From Octopus vulgaris (Eukaryota), in assembly GCA_951406725.2 (NCBI GenBank), contig OX597817.1:159960001-160024000 (forward strand): a stretch of DNA of 64,000 nucleotides. The letters run 5' to 3'. The notes beneath the pieces were generated by a model, which saw only the letters and a program-made list of their open reading frames with translations, was not told the DNA's origin and made no database searches. The translations under genes were made by a program, and so were the position numbers. Below are positions 1-12,394 of this stretch, piece after piece. How positions within the stretch are numbered: position 1 is the first letter of the stretch; each line of letters opens with the position of its first letter.

Positions 1-811
1 TCTCTCTCTCTCTCTATGTGTATGAATATATTTCTCTTTATGCATACAAAGAAAGGGAAAGTATTTATGTCATTTATTTTCAATTAATAAATTTTAATCT
101 CTCTTTCTCTCTCTCACTCTTTCTGCCTATATATGAATGTTTCTGTGCATACGTGTGTGTTCCCCTTCAGCAGCAGAAGATACTGTCACCAAAACAGTTC
201 CTATGTCCAATCAACCATGCCAAATCACCAGTGTCCAAACAGCCATGCACAGACATCCCATTCCAGCATGTCCAAGTAAATGTAAGTTCAGCTCACATTT
301 CATTAAACTAATTGTTAGCAATAGAGGGTGTGATATTCTGATATGCACTATGTGTTTTGTAAAGATAGGGAGCTATCTCCCTAGCCAGACATAGTTCATA
401 GCACATGGCAAGAACTGGGAGGATATAAACAATGGTCTCTTGGAATGTGTAAGGGATGAGTCTTTGCTGTAAGGTTCCATATGATACGGCTGAACTCAGA
501 CATTGACATGCAATGTCCATTGTGCTGTACCTTCATCTACGGACAATATTAGCTGGATAGCAGTCTAGTAAGTCATTCCTTTTTGAAGTGAATCTGCTCC
601 TACCAACTAAGAAGACAGTCCAAAGGGAATGTGTTCTGCCATTTCATTGGTGGAAATTTCATCACACATTTACTTACAAAATGTTGAACTATATTTACTT
701 GGGGCCAATGGCAACTCTCTACATAATTATTTGCTCACCTTGCTAAGAATAGAAACCAAATTTCCCTCTACTTAAGATCTACAATCTCAGGGAAAAGGAC
801 ATACTAGTTAA

Positions 812-1197
812 TCTCTGTATATATAAAGCTGAAGTTGTCTGTGTATGGCAGGTTTGGTAGCCTTCAACTACCACTATTTCCTCCAAGACCCTACAGTGCA
901 AGTTGACCCAATTTGAAAGTATGATAGAAGAAGGCTTGCTCTTCCTTCCATATTCAAATCGGACAATGTTAAGACCAAAAATTATTTACATCAAAAAGGT
1001 GCTTTTTTTCTATGAAAATCCCTATTTTTTTACGATTTTTTTACTGTTGTGTCGCCATTTTTCAGTGTATTTCAACCAGAAAAATGTTCACTTAAAGAGA
1101 AGAATAACAAGCTACATAATGCAAAATTTTTACTTTTCAAAAATTCCAATTCTAAAGGATTGAAACAAACCCGAGCAATGCCAGGCGATACTGCTAG
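812..1197 (+). mobile_element. Non-autonomous Helitron
   Basis: Starts A|TCTCTGTATATATAAAG and ends with a degenerate subterminal hairpin (ccgagcaatgccagg) then CTAG|T. Inserted between A and T with no TSD. Confidence 0.75.
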
Positions 1198-1747
1198 TAT
1201 AGTGATACACACAATGTCTAGGCATAAAGATAGGATAGTCATGAAAGGAATACTTTGGGTCACTATAGTCTGCAGGATCAATGCTGACCTTGGGTTAAAC
1301 ATCAACAGAAGCTTTTGTTAATTTGATATTTCATATGTGACTATGTATGTCTGTGTGAGTGTATGTGTGTGTGTGTGTGTGCATGTGTGTGTGAGAATCC
1401 TTGTGTATGTGTGTGACCCAGTAACATCATATTGAGTGTCAATAACCAAAGTCCAGTCTAATAGAAAAACAAGTGGATGCCTATAAATAAACTTTAAATT
1501 TAATGTCATGCATACATGTACAAATCCCCCCCACCACACACACACACACATTCATCTATATGTACACATCTATCTATCTGTCGCTCTGCCTATCTCTCTA
1601 TATATTGGGTGTGTGCCTAAGAAGCTAAGCTTTGCAACTATGTAGCTTTGAGTTCAGCCTTACTGCATGGTGCTTTGGGCAAGTGACTTTTTCTATAGCC
1701 CCAGGTCAATTAATGCTTTGTGAGTGAATCTTGTAGATGGGAACTAC

Positions 1748-1801
<54 letters not shown>

Positions 1802-2226
1802 ACATGCATGTGTGTGGTGTGTCTTTGTGTTTATCCCCCACCCACTGCTTGACAACTGGTGTTGGTTTGTTTACGTCCTTGTAACTTAGCAGTTTAGCAA
1901 ATAAAATCAATAGAATCAGTGTCAGCACCAGGCTTAAAAAATAAACTAGTGGGGCTGATTTGTTCGACTAAAACCCTTCAAGTGATAAAATCAAATAAAA
2001 GTTCAGTGAATAAAACAAATAAAATATAGAAGATATGTATATATGTGTACATGTAACAAGCACCTGTGCTGGTGCCACACATAAATCACCCAGTACTGGG
2101 GCACTGCCTTGAAGGGTTTAGTCATATTGACCCCAGTACTTTTTTTAAAGTCTGGTACTTAGTCTATCAATCTCTTTTGCCAAACTGTTAAGTTATGAGG
2201 TTGTAAACAAAGCAACACCAGCTAAC

Positions 2227-2755
2227 AAGCAGTCGTAGGGGACTTGCTCGTACATTTGAAGGTCTCTTGGCTCTGAGGACAACAGCATCCCTTCATGTTA
2301 TCAAGCAGTGGTAGGGGACTTGCTCGTACATTTGAAAGTCTCTTGGCTCTGAGGACAACAGCATCCCTTCATGTTATCAAGCAGTGGTAGGGGACTTGCT
2401 TGCACATTTGAAAGTCTCTTGGCTCTGAGGACAACAGCATCCCTTCATGTTATCAAGCAGTGGTAGGGGACTTGCTTGCACATTTGAAGGTCTCTTGGCT
2501 CTGAGGACAACAGCATCCCTTCATGTTATCAAGCAGTGGTAGGGGTCTTGCTTGCACATTTGAAGGTCTCTTGGCTCTGAGGACAGCAACATCCCTTCAT
2601 GTTATCAAACAGTCGTAGGGGACTTGCTCGTACATTTGAAAGTCTCTTGGCTCTGAGGACAACAGCATCCCTTCGTGTTATCAAGCAGTGGTAGGGGACT
2701 TGCTTGCACATTTGAAGGTCTCTTGGCTCTGAGGACAACAGCATCCCTTCATGTT
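2227..2755. repeat. 76-bp tandem repeat, about 7 copies
   Basis: Unit aagcagtggtaggggacttgc...cccttcatgttatc starts at 2227, 2303, 2379, 2455, 2531, 2607 and 2683. Confidence 0.95.
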
Positions 2756-3427
2756 GGTGTTAAATGAAGTTGGTGAACACAATGATGTGAACAGAGATTA
2801 AAAGCTGAGCAGCAGATTTTTCCATAGGTTGGACTAGGATCTAATAAGCTGGGTGTTGGAGGCAGCCTAATTGCAGCCAGTCCAGCAAAGTTGACACTTG
2901 ACAATAAGATTCGATGCTGGAGGAGTTGCAGCATTCCAAGGTGATTCAATATGGAACCTTGTCTTCCCATGAGATGCCCGTTTATAAATATATTGGGCTT
3001 CTTTTAGATTCCATCTGCCAAATCCGCTCACAAGGCTTTGGTTGGTATGGGCTTATAGCAAAAAGGCAAGGCAAGCATCTCAAGTCATATGCATTATTAT
3101 TATTGGAAAAAATTCAAAGTCTGGATATCCCAGAAACAGGTGTAAGACTTTTAATTTTTTCCAATAATAATAATGCATATGACTTGAGATGTTTGTCTTG
3201 TCTTAAAGTTTGTTATCCTGTTTAACAATTAGTGGCACTTGTGCCGGTAGCACGTGAAAAACAATATTCGAGCGAGGTCATCGCCAGTGCTGCTGGACTG
3301 GCTCCTGTGCAGGTGGCACGTAAAAAACACCATTTGAGCATGGCCAGAGGCTATAGTAGAAGACATTTACCCAAGATGCCATGCTCTTGGACTCAACCCA
3401 GAACCACCATCATCATCATCATTTAAT

Positions 3428-3623
3428 CGAAGGAGAGGAGCTTTCTCCGTACGGGTTGCGGATCCGTGGAACAAGCTGCCAGATGAGATGGTGAAGATGC
3501 CGACGACCGCTTTGTTCAAAGCCTACCTGGACCTCAAGTGGCCTGAACTCTTTACATGAACACCACCCTGTACTTAACTCCATGTCCCCCTACATGGCCT
3601 TGCTATTTGCTTTTGAGCCAAAT

Positions 3624-3655
<32 letters not shown>
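3428..3655 (+). mobile_element. 5'-truncated CR1-type LINE 3' end with (TAAC)n tail
   Basis: 3428-3559 translates RRRGAFSVRVADPWNKLPDEMVKMPTTALFKAYLDLKWPELFT*, matching the CR1 ORF2 C-terminal motif FSxRVxxxWNxLP...FKxxLD. Followed by a short 3'UTR and (TAAC)n. Confidence 0.85.
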
Positions 3656-3894
3656 GTCTGTTGTCCATGCTGGCACACTGGAAGGCTGCACCAGACTCCA
3701 GTTTGATTGGCATGGTTTTCTATAGCTGGATGTCCTTCCTAACACCAACCACTCTGTGAGTGTAATGGGTGCTTTTGCTTGCCACCGGCACAGGTGCCAA
3801 TTTGCATGACACTGATATCTGCGATGACTGTGATTTTTCTTGGGCTGATGGGTCTTCTTCTCAAGCACAACATAATGCCAAAGGTCTTGGTTAT

Positions 3895-4435
3895 TGCTTC
3901 CGTGAGGCCCAATGCTAGAGAGGAACTCAGCTACCTTGCCTCCCTGAAGCCAAACACTAAAATGGAATTCATCCACTTTGCCTCTGTGAGGCCCAGTGCT
4001 CGAGAGGAACTCAGCCACCTTGCCTCCTTGAAGCCCAACACTCAAAAGTAACTCAACCACTTTGCCTCCATGAGGCCCAAAGTTTGAGAGGAACTCAGCC
4101 ACTTTGCTTCCATCAGGCCCAAAGTTTGAGAGGAACCCAGCCACTTTGCCTCTGCCAGGACCAACGTTTTAGAGGGACTCAGCCACTTTTCTTCCATCAG
4201 GCCCGGCGCTTGAGAGGAACCCAGCCACTTTGCCTCCGCCAGGCCCAACGTTTTAGAGGGACTCAGCCACTTTTCTTCCATCAGGCCCAATGTTTGAGAG
4301 GAACTCAGCCACTTTGATTTCCGCCAGGCCCAACAGTTGAGAGGAACTCAGCCACCTTGCCTCCGCCTGACCCAACACTCGAGAGGAACACAGCCACTTT
4401 ACCTCCATGAGGCCCAATGTTCAAAAGGAACTCAA
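3895..4435. repeat. 42-bp minisatellite, about 13 copies
   Basis: Unit gaggcccaa(n)5gagaggaactcagccactttgcctcc recurs at 3904, 3946, 3988, 4030, 4072, 4114 and onward. It directly continues a family-D element (3657-3895). Confidence 0.92.
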
Positions 4436-4666
4436 TTTGGGTAACAAGCTTCTTGCCACACAGCCACACATGTTTATTGAACTTTTACAAGAGAGCTGAC
4501 TCTGACTTCAAAGTTTCGGCCTGCTTGTCTTCATCATATACATGGAGATTTGTGTTTGAATATAAAGGACCTATTTATTTGTAGAACTTATTTCAATTCA
4601 CAAAAGCACCAGCATCATCACCTTTGTTCTGAACTTTGTCCATCAAGACACACATATAAGAGCTTT

Positions 4667-4701
<35 letters not shown>

Positions 4702-4996
4702 AATAGGTGTATAGTTATGTTGGTATGTGTATGTGTATGTGTGTGTGTGTTGCTTTTGTTTGCATTTGTGTGTATGTGTATTTGCATGTTTATTTGTGTG
4801 TGTGTGTGTGTTTGTGTGTGTTGATGTGGATAGTTGAGTTGTTGGTAAATAGTGTTCGTATTTGTGTGTGTGTGTGTCTGTGTGTGTATGTGTGTGCCTG
4901 CATGTTTGTTTGTCTGCATGTATGTGTGGTGTGTGTATGTATGCATGTTTCTTTGTGTACCCTGTGTATCTGAGTGTGTAGTTTACATATTCATGG

Positions 4997-5005
4997 GTGT
5001 ATATA

Positions 5006-5051
<46 letters not shown>

Positions 5052-5115
5052 TGTATGTTTTCTACAATAGCCTGCATGTGTATATATTTTTACTGCTTTG
5101 TCTATGTGTATCTAT

Positions 5116-5175
<60 letters not shown>

Positions 5176-5239
5176 TGTATGTTTTCTACAATTGCCTGCA
5201 TGTGTATATATTTTTACTGCTTTGTCTATGTGTATCTAT

Positions 5240-5325
<86 letters not shown>
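4997..5325. repeat. (GT)n tracts separated by a duplicated ~70-bp spacer
   Basis: gaatgtgtatgttttctacaat...gtgtatctatg occurs at about 5047 and 5171, each followed by (GT)n. Confidence 0.9.
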
Positions 5326-5635
5326 CACAGCCCTCTGCAATCTTCCACCAAGCAGCTATTCAAACCCCCCTAACCCTTTCCTCAACCCCCCCTCCCCCAT
5401 CCACACACACCCCAAAGTCACTCTTCTATGCACCCTAAGCATTAGAGGTAAAACACAAGAAAATAAATAAAAAAAAAAAGAAACAAGATATATATATATA
5501 TATATATATAAAAGAAAGAAGAAGCAAGAGGAAACAGCTAAATAACCCTTTTGAAACCAGGCCACATACCAAAATATATGAAGCAGCTGACAAGTTATCC
5601 ATTGCTCACCTCTCACCTCTGACCTCCGGGTGGCC

Positions 5636-5924
5636 GGTGGTGGTGGTGGTGGTGGTGGTGGTGGTGGTGGTGGTGGTGGTGGAGAGAGAGAGATAGAGAG
5701 AGAGAGAGTGTGTGAAAGAAAGAGAGAGGGGGAGAGGAAAAAAGAAAGAGAGAGATGAAAAAGATTTGCTGCTCATACTTACTCTTGCTGCTGCTTTTCC
5801 TCCTCATTCACACACACACACACACACAACATAACACACACACACACACAACACACACACACACAACACACACACACAACATAACACACACACACACACA
5901 CACACAACACAACACACACACAAC

Positions 5925-5964
<40 letters not shown>

Positions 5965-6063
5965 AACACACACAGCTGCATTGACACATTCACTCACTCA
6001 CACACACACATAAATGCATTAATACACACATATACATACATAAATGCATGGACACTCACGCAG

Positions 6064-6162
<99 letters not shown>

Positions 6163-6190
6163 TGCATGCACACACACACACACACACATT
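5636..6190. repeat. Compound microsatellite: (GGT)n, (GA)n, (CA)n
   Basis: Directly visible; long pure (CA)n at about 6065-6158. Confidence 0.95.
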
Positions 6191-6644
6191 AGTGTGGTTG
6201 GTCCCCACCCAAGCTATAGTACTTTTATTGCTTCCTCTTGCAAGGAGTGGTAGTAGTGGTGATTGAAGTGATGGTGTCGGTGGTGGTGGTGGTGGTAGTG
6301 GTGGTGGGAGAAAGGTATGATGATGATGATGATGATGATGATGATAGTGGAAGGGATGTTGGTGTTGTTGGTGGTGGTGGTGGTGGTGGGCTGAGTTGAG
6401 AATGATAATGGAAATAGTGATGGTAGTTGCAATAGTAGAGGGGGGGGCCTGTGTGAAATGGAGATGAGAAGGAAAGCATTGTACTATTGGTAGTTGTTGT
6501 TGTTGTTGTTGTTGCTGTTGCTGTTGTTGTTGCTTTGCTACAGGTCAGTTCTGATTTAGCAGATCTGTGATCAGAGGCAATAAGGCAATCCATCTGTGAC
6601 CATCCTATCTTTTTTTCTTACATGCAAGAAACAAAGGACTGCAT

Positions 6645-7027
6645 TTGGGTGTGTGGTAAATAGCTTGCTTACTAACCACATAGTTCCGGGTTCAGTCCCA
6701 CTGCGTGGCACCTTGGGCAAGTATCTTCTACTATAGCCTTGGGCCGACCAAAGCCTTGTGAGTGGATTTGGTAGATGGAAACTAAAAGAAGCCTGACGTA
6801 TATATGTATATATTTATATGTATGTGTCTATGTTTGTTCTCCCTCCATTGCTTGACAACTGATGTTGGTATGTTTATGTCCCCGTAACTTAATGGTTCGG
6901 CAAAAGTGACTGATAGAATAAGTACTAGGCTTTCAAAGAATAAGTCCTGGGGTTGATTTGTTCGACTGAAGGTGGTGATCCAGCATGGCCGCAGTCAAAT
7001 GACTGAAACAAATAAAAGAATAAAAGA
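6645..7027 (+). mobile_element. tRNA-derived SINE family A (octopus OK-like)
   Basis: A-box-like gtgtggtaa, B-box ggttcagtccc, ttgggcaagt core, central TA/TG microsatellite, tail gactgaaacaa(g)taaaaga. Confidence 0.85.
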
Positions 7028-8400
7028 ACGTCTTTTGTTAAAAAATTGTAGGATGTTATTTGAGGGAGATTTGGCTGCTATTTCTTGCAAGGAAACGATT
7101 ATATAGATGGTTTCTTTTTTGGTATGATTGATGGCAATAATAGAATATAGTGATGAGGTACTGTGATGCTGGTGAGGGTGATGGTGATGGTGGCGGCAGA
7201 GGTGGTGATGGTGGTGGCAAAAGTGGTAGTGGCGGCAGTGGCAATGGTGGTGGTGGTGGCAGTGATGTTGGTGATGTTGGCAGTGGTGGTGGTGGTGGTT
7301 GTGGTGTGTGTGTAGTGGTACTATTGCGATGTTGTAATGTGGCAGTCTTGCTGTGATGGTTGAATTATATGAGATTGTTCTGATGTTGCTGAATGTTTAA
7401 CTGTGATGGTGGTGGTGTCGCAGTAATGCCAGGTATTTATGGTGTGGTGCGGTGTTGTGTCTGTATGCTTATTTATCAGTGCAAGGCATGGATATGAGGT
7501 GAAGAAGTTCACTTTGCAAAGAAATGGTTTCAAGTTTGGTCCCACAGCTCAGAATCTCAGTCTTCCACTATATAACCCCTAAGGTTGACCAATGTCTTGT
7601 GTGAGAATTTAGTAGACAGAAACTGCAGTCGATTTGTTTGGGTAAACTTTAATAGACTGTGCCCCAGCATGGCCACAGGACTGTGACTGAAACAAGGTGT
7701 CACATAAAGAGCACCCAGTCCACACTGTAAAGTGGTTGGCATTTGAAAGCTGTAAAAACCATGCCAAAACTGACCTCATTTGTGCTGGTGCCACTTACAA
7801 TGCACTGAGTCCACTCTGCAGGGTGGTTGGTGTTAGGAAGGGCACCCAGCCATAAAAAACCTTGCCAAAACAGACACAGAAGTCTGGTGCAGTCTTCTGC
7901 CAGGCCAGCTCCTGTTAATCCATGCCAACATGGAAAGTGGATGTTAAACGATGATGATGATGGTGGTGATGCTGATGACGTCTGTTGTCATTGTTTCTGT
8001 TTAACTCCAGGTCAACCGTCATTGACCAAAAATATTCCACTCTTGACTATTTGTTCTTTCACCCTGATTAGTTAGCATAAATAGGACTACAATAACTATT
8101 AAAAAAATGTTTTTTTTCTTTAAAAAATGGTGTGATTGGAGGGAGATTTGGCAGTTATTGCTAGCAGGTGGCCACATACAGGCTTCCTTGTTGACTGATA
8201 TATTTGTACATTAATGGTGTTAGTAGGGTAGCACTGGTATTGGTGTTTTTTGTTGTTTGCCAGTTGTATGAAGAGGGGGAACTCTGCTTGAATATGTGAA
8301 AGAATTGTTACTCAAGTTATACAGGACTAGTTTAGCAATATCATCATAAACTTCTGCAAAGGCAAAGAAAATGCATTAAAGAGAAGCAACTCTTAAAATA

Positions 8401-8865
8401 GGCACAGGAGTGGCTGTGTGGTAAGTAGCTTGCTAACCAACCACATGGTTCCGGGTTCAGTCCCACTGCGTGGCATCTTGGGCAAGTGTCTTCTGCTATA
8501 GCCCCGGGCCGACCAATGCCTTGTGAGTGGATTTGGTAGACGGAAACTGAAAGAAGCCTGTCGTATATATGTATATATATATGTGTGTGTGTGTGTTTCT
8601 GTGTCTGTGTTTGTCCCCCTAGCATTGCTTGACAACCGATGCTGGTGTGTTTACGTCCCCGTCTCTTAGCGGTTCGGCAAAAGAGACCGATAGAATAAGT
8701 ACTGGGCTTACAAAGAATAAGTCCCGGGGTTGATTTGCTCGACTAAAGGCAGTGCTCCAGCATGGCCTACAAAGAATAAGTCATGGGGTTGATTTGCTCG
8801 ACTAAAGGCAGTGCTCCAGCATGGCCGCAGTCAAATGACTGAAACAAGTAAAAGAGTAAAAGAGT
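8401..8865 (+). mobile_element. SINE family A, full length, with ~59-bp internal tandem duplication near the 3' end
   Basis: ggcacaggagtggctgtgtggtaag...gtaaaagag; the segment tacaaagaataagtc...ccagcatggcc occurs twice (about 8709 and 8768). Confidence 0.9.
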
Positions 8866-9110
8866 AACTATAGAGACTACTGGACTATGTTATGAAAGTC
8901 ATGGAGAGAGAAATGCAAGCAGTTTTATAAAAATTGAAAATAAATTTTTATCCAATACACACCTAGATGATATGCAGTTTGGTTTCATCTCCTATTGAAG
9001 CCACTGGAGGGAAAATCTTGGCTAAGAATAAACTATTATTCCTGCTTTTGTTGATTTGGAGAAAGCATTTTAGACAGAGTGCTACATTCAGTTCCTTGCG
9101 AAGCAACTGC
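8866..9110 (+). pseudogene. Degenerate RTE-type LINE reverse transcriptase fragment
   Basis: Frameshifted pieces translate HLDDMQFGFI and LAKNKLLF.AFVDLEKAF.DRV (RT motifs QFGF and FVDLEKAFD). A similar fragment lies at about 10430-10490. Confidence 0.7.
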
Positions 9111-9130
9111 AGGATAAATATTTGACTAAC

Positions 9131-9344
9131 TCTTTTACTCTTTTACTTGTTTCAGTCACTTGACTGCTGCCATGCTGGAGCACCGCCTTTAGTTGAGCAA
9201 ATCGACCCTAGGACTTATTCTTTGTAAGCCTAGTACTTATTGTATCGGTCTCTCTTGCCGAACTGCTAAGTTACTGGGATGTAAACATACCAGCATCAGT
9301 TGTCAAGCGATGTTGGGGGAACAAACACAGACACACAAACATAT

Positions 9345-9375
<31 letters not shown>

Positions 9376-9778
9376 CGACAGGTTTCTTTCAGTTTCCATC
9401 TACCAAATCCACTCACAAGGCTTTGGTTGGCCTGAGGCTATAGTAGAAGACACTTGCCCAAGATGCCACGCAGTGGTACTGAACCCAGAAGGCGAGCTGG
9501 CAGAAACGTTAGTACGCCGTGCGAAATGCGTAGCCGTATTTCGTCTGTCGTTACGTTCTGAGTTCAAATTCCGCCGAGGTCGACTTTGCCTTTCATCCTT
9601 TCGGGGTCGATAAATTAAGTACCAGTTACGCACTGGGGTCGATGTAATCGACTTAATACCTATGTCTGTCCTTGTTTGTCCCCTCTGTCTTTAGCCCCTT
9701 GTGGGTAATAAAGAAATAGGTACTGAACCCAGAACCATGTGGTTGGTAAGGAAGCTACTTACCACGCAGCCACTCCTG
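9131..9778 (-). mobile_element. SINE family A interrupted by a family C SINE
   Basis: Reverse complement of the family A consensus, split at ggtactgaacccagaa. Confidence 0.9.
9491..9718 (+). mobile_element. SINE family C (Meta-domain-like) with 16-bp TSD
   Basis: ggcgagctggcagaa...gttcaaattcc...gcctttcatcctttcggggtcgataaattaagtacc...aaagaaata. TSD ggtactgaacccagaa at 9475-9490 and 9719-9734. Confidence 0.9.
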
Positions 9779-9961
9779 GATAAGAATAAACTATTTTTTT
9801 TATGAAACTCTTGAGGTACTTAAGAGATTTTTTTTTTAAGTACAGGGGTCAATTCATTAGACTTTTATTGCTTTCACAGTGTTTACTTTTCCACAAAATT
9901 AAATTAAGAAAATTAAACACAACAGAGAACACAACTGAAAAAAATTAAACAGAAAACATAT

Positions 9962-10370
9962 AGGCGCAGGAGTGGCTGTGTGGTAAGTAGCTTGTTTACC
10001 AACCACATGGTTCCGGGTTCAGTCCCACTGCGTGGCATCTTGGGCAAGTGTCTTCTACTATAGCCTCGGGCCGACCAAAGCCTTGTGAGTGGATTTGGTA
10101 GACGGAAACTGAAAGAAGCCCGTCGTTTATATGTATATATATGTATGTGCGTGTATGTTTGTGTGTCTGTGTTTGTCCCCCTAGCATTGCTTGGCAACCG
10201 ATGCTAGTGTGTTTACGTCACTGTCACCTAGCGGTTCGGCAAAAGAAACCGATAGAATAAGTACTGGGCTTACAAAGAATAAGTCCTGGCGTTGATTTGC
10301 TCGACTAAAGGCGGTGCTCCAGCATGGCCGCAGTCAAATGACTGAAACAAGTAAAAGAGAGTAAAAGAGA
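9962..10370 (+). mobile_element. SINE family A, near-consensus copy
   Basis: ggcgcaggagtggctgtgtggtaagtag...gactgaaacaagtaaaagag. Confidence 0.92.
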
Positions 10371-10892
10371 GAAAAAAGAAAAAAAATGAAGAGAGAAAGA
10401 AAAAAGATAAAAAAAGATTAAAAAAAAAACCTATTATTCTTGGTTTTCATCGTTTTAGAGAAGGCATTGACAGGGTACCATGTTCAATGGATGTTATTCT
10501 TGTCTCTTTTCCCAAGATGCTAATTTATGGGGGATGTAAACACACCAAGTTGTCAAGTGATGGTAAGGGAACAAAGACAGACACACACACACACACACAA
10601 CCAGTTTCTGTCTACCAAATCCACTCACAAGGCTTTGGTTGGCCCGAGGCTATAGTAGACGATACTTGCCCAAGGTGCCATGCAGTGGGACTGAACCCAG
10701 GACCATGTGGTCAGAAAGCAAACTTCTTACCACAGAACCACACCAATTCTATATATATTTGTCATGGAGACATTAACAGAGCCAGGCAGGACTGTATTGC
10801 CCTATTATATTGTTTGTATACTGCCGTTATCATTTTGTTCTGTTTGTGATTTCTCTTGCTTTCCTTTGTGTTTTCTATATATGCTTTGAATG

Positions 10893-11285
10893 TGGAGGCG
10901 CAATGGCCCAGTGGTTAGGGCAGCGGACTCGCGGTCATAGGATCACGGTTTCGATTCCCAGACCAGGCGTTGTGAGTGTTTATTGAGCGAAAACACCTAA
11001 AAAGCTCCATGAGGCTCCGGCAGGGGATGGTGGTGATCCCTGCTGTACTCTTTCACCATAACTTTCTCTCACTCTTACTTCCTGTTTCTGTTGTACCTGT
11101 ATTTCAAGGGGCCGGCCTTGTCACTCTCTGTGTCACGCTGAATATCCCCGAGAACTACGTTAAGGGTACATGTGTCTGTGGAGTGCTCAGCCACTTACAC
11201 GTTAATTTCACGAGCAGGCTGTTCTGTTGATTCGGATCAACCGGAACCCTCATCGTCGTAACCGACGGAGTGCTTCCATATTCCA
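10893..11285 (+). mobile_element. tRNA-derived SINE family B (octopus OR-like)
   Basis: tggaggcgcaatggcccagtggttaggg (A box), gtttcgattccc (B box); flanked by direct repeat atatgctttg. Confidence 0.88.
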
Positions 11286-11583
11286 CATATGCTTTGTGTG
11301 TGTGTGTGTGTGTAAGGTGTCCTTTCATGTTGTTGCTTGTATTTGATGTTCTGTGGTGTTGAAGAGATATGTGGTATGAAGAGAAATGAAAAGGGAACTA
11401 GGTTTCTTGGTGGCTTAGGTAGGATTGGAGAAGTTGTATAACAATGTTTGGAGAATAGAAGGTATATTTGAGTGCTTATATCGTATGTTTATGAGGCTGT
11501 TTGTATCTGCTATGTGAAGTGTGGGGATGTAGTGATGAAGATATAGGCTGAAAAGTAGGAGTGATAGGATGGATCCCTGTGGT

Positions 11584-11989
11584 CAGAGCTGGATTAACCA
11601 TTAAGCAAAATAAGCATGTGCTTAGGGCATCAAGGGAAGGACGGGCACCACAGAAATGGTAAATAGTTTACGGCACAAAATAAATCACTTTAAACTTGCT
11701 GAAATAATGTTTGGGATACCTTAATCTCTACTAAGTATAGATGCAGATGTGTTACCTAAGATTAATTTTGAGGATCTGATCAAAAAAGCAAGATGAAACT
11801 TTTCAAGTATAAATAAAATGGAAGAATACAAAAATAAGCATTATTTTCCCTCTAACTGTTTTGTTTTTTGAAAAATAAAAATTTATTATATGGTTTGTTA
11901 TTACTTATATTTTGAATTACATAATCTTGTATGGGGGCACCAAAATCTCTTAGGTGCTTAGGGCCTGGATGGGTCTTAATCCGGCCCTG
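11584..11989. mobile_element. hAT-type MITE
   Basis: TIRs cagagctggattaa / ttaatccggccctg; perfect 8-bp TSD cctgtggt at 11576-11583 and 11990-11997. Confidence 0.9.
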
Positions 11990-12010
11990 CCTGTGGTACT
12001 TCATTAAAAG

Positions 12011-12394
12011 TGGAGGCGCAATGGCCCAGTGGTTAGGGCAGCGGACTCGCGGTCGTAGGATCGCGGTTTTGATTCCCAGACCGGGCGTTGTGAGTGTTTA
12101 TTGAGCAAAAACACCTAAAATCCACGAGGCTCCAACAGGGGATGGTGGTGATCCCTGCTGTACTCTTTCACCACAACTTTCTCTCACTCTTACTTCCTAT
12201 TTCTGTTGTACCTGTATTTCAAAGGGCCGGCCTTGTCACTCTCTGTGTCACGCTGAATATCCCCGAGAACTACATTAAGGGTACACATGTCTGTGGAGTG
12301 CTCAGCCACTTACACGTTAATTTCACGAGCAGGCTGTTCCGTTGATCGGATCAACCGGAACCCTCGTCGTGGTAACCGACGGAGTGCTTCCTTC
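12011..12394 (+). mobile_element. SINE family B with 12-bp TSD
   Basis: Near-identical to the 10893 copy; TSD cttcattaaaag at 11999-12010 and 12395-12406. Confidence 0.92.

Noticed and set aside
2227-4435. Regular repeat arrays as CRISPR-like loci or tRNA arrays (76-bp unit)
   Set aside because: Units are contiguous with no unique spacers, there are no cas genes, the context is eukaryotic, and the 76-mer lacks a cloverleaf and T-loop motif.
4593-6266. Cys/Val- and His/Thr-repeat ORFs
   Set aside because: These are translations of (GT)n/(CA)n microsatellites; the same applies to the YVCM and YIHT ORFs throughout the window.
10893-10970. tRNA gene-like sequence
   Set aside because: It is the tRNA-derived head of SINE family B, continuing into the SINE body and flanked by TSDs.
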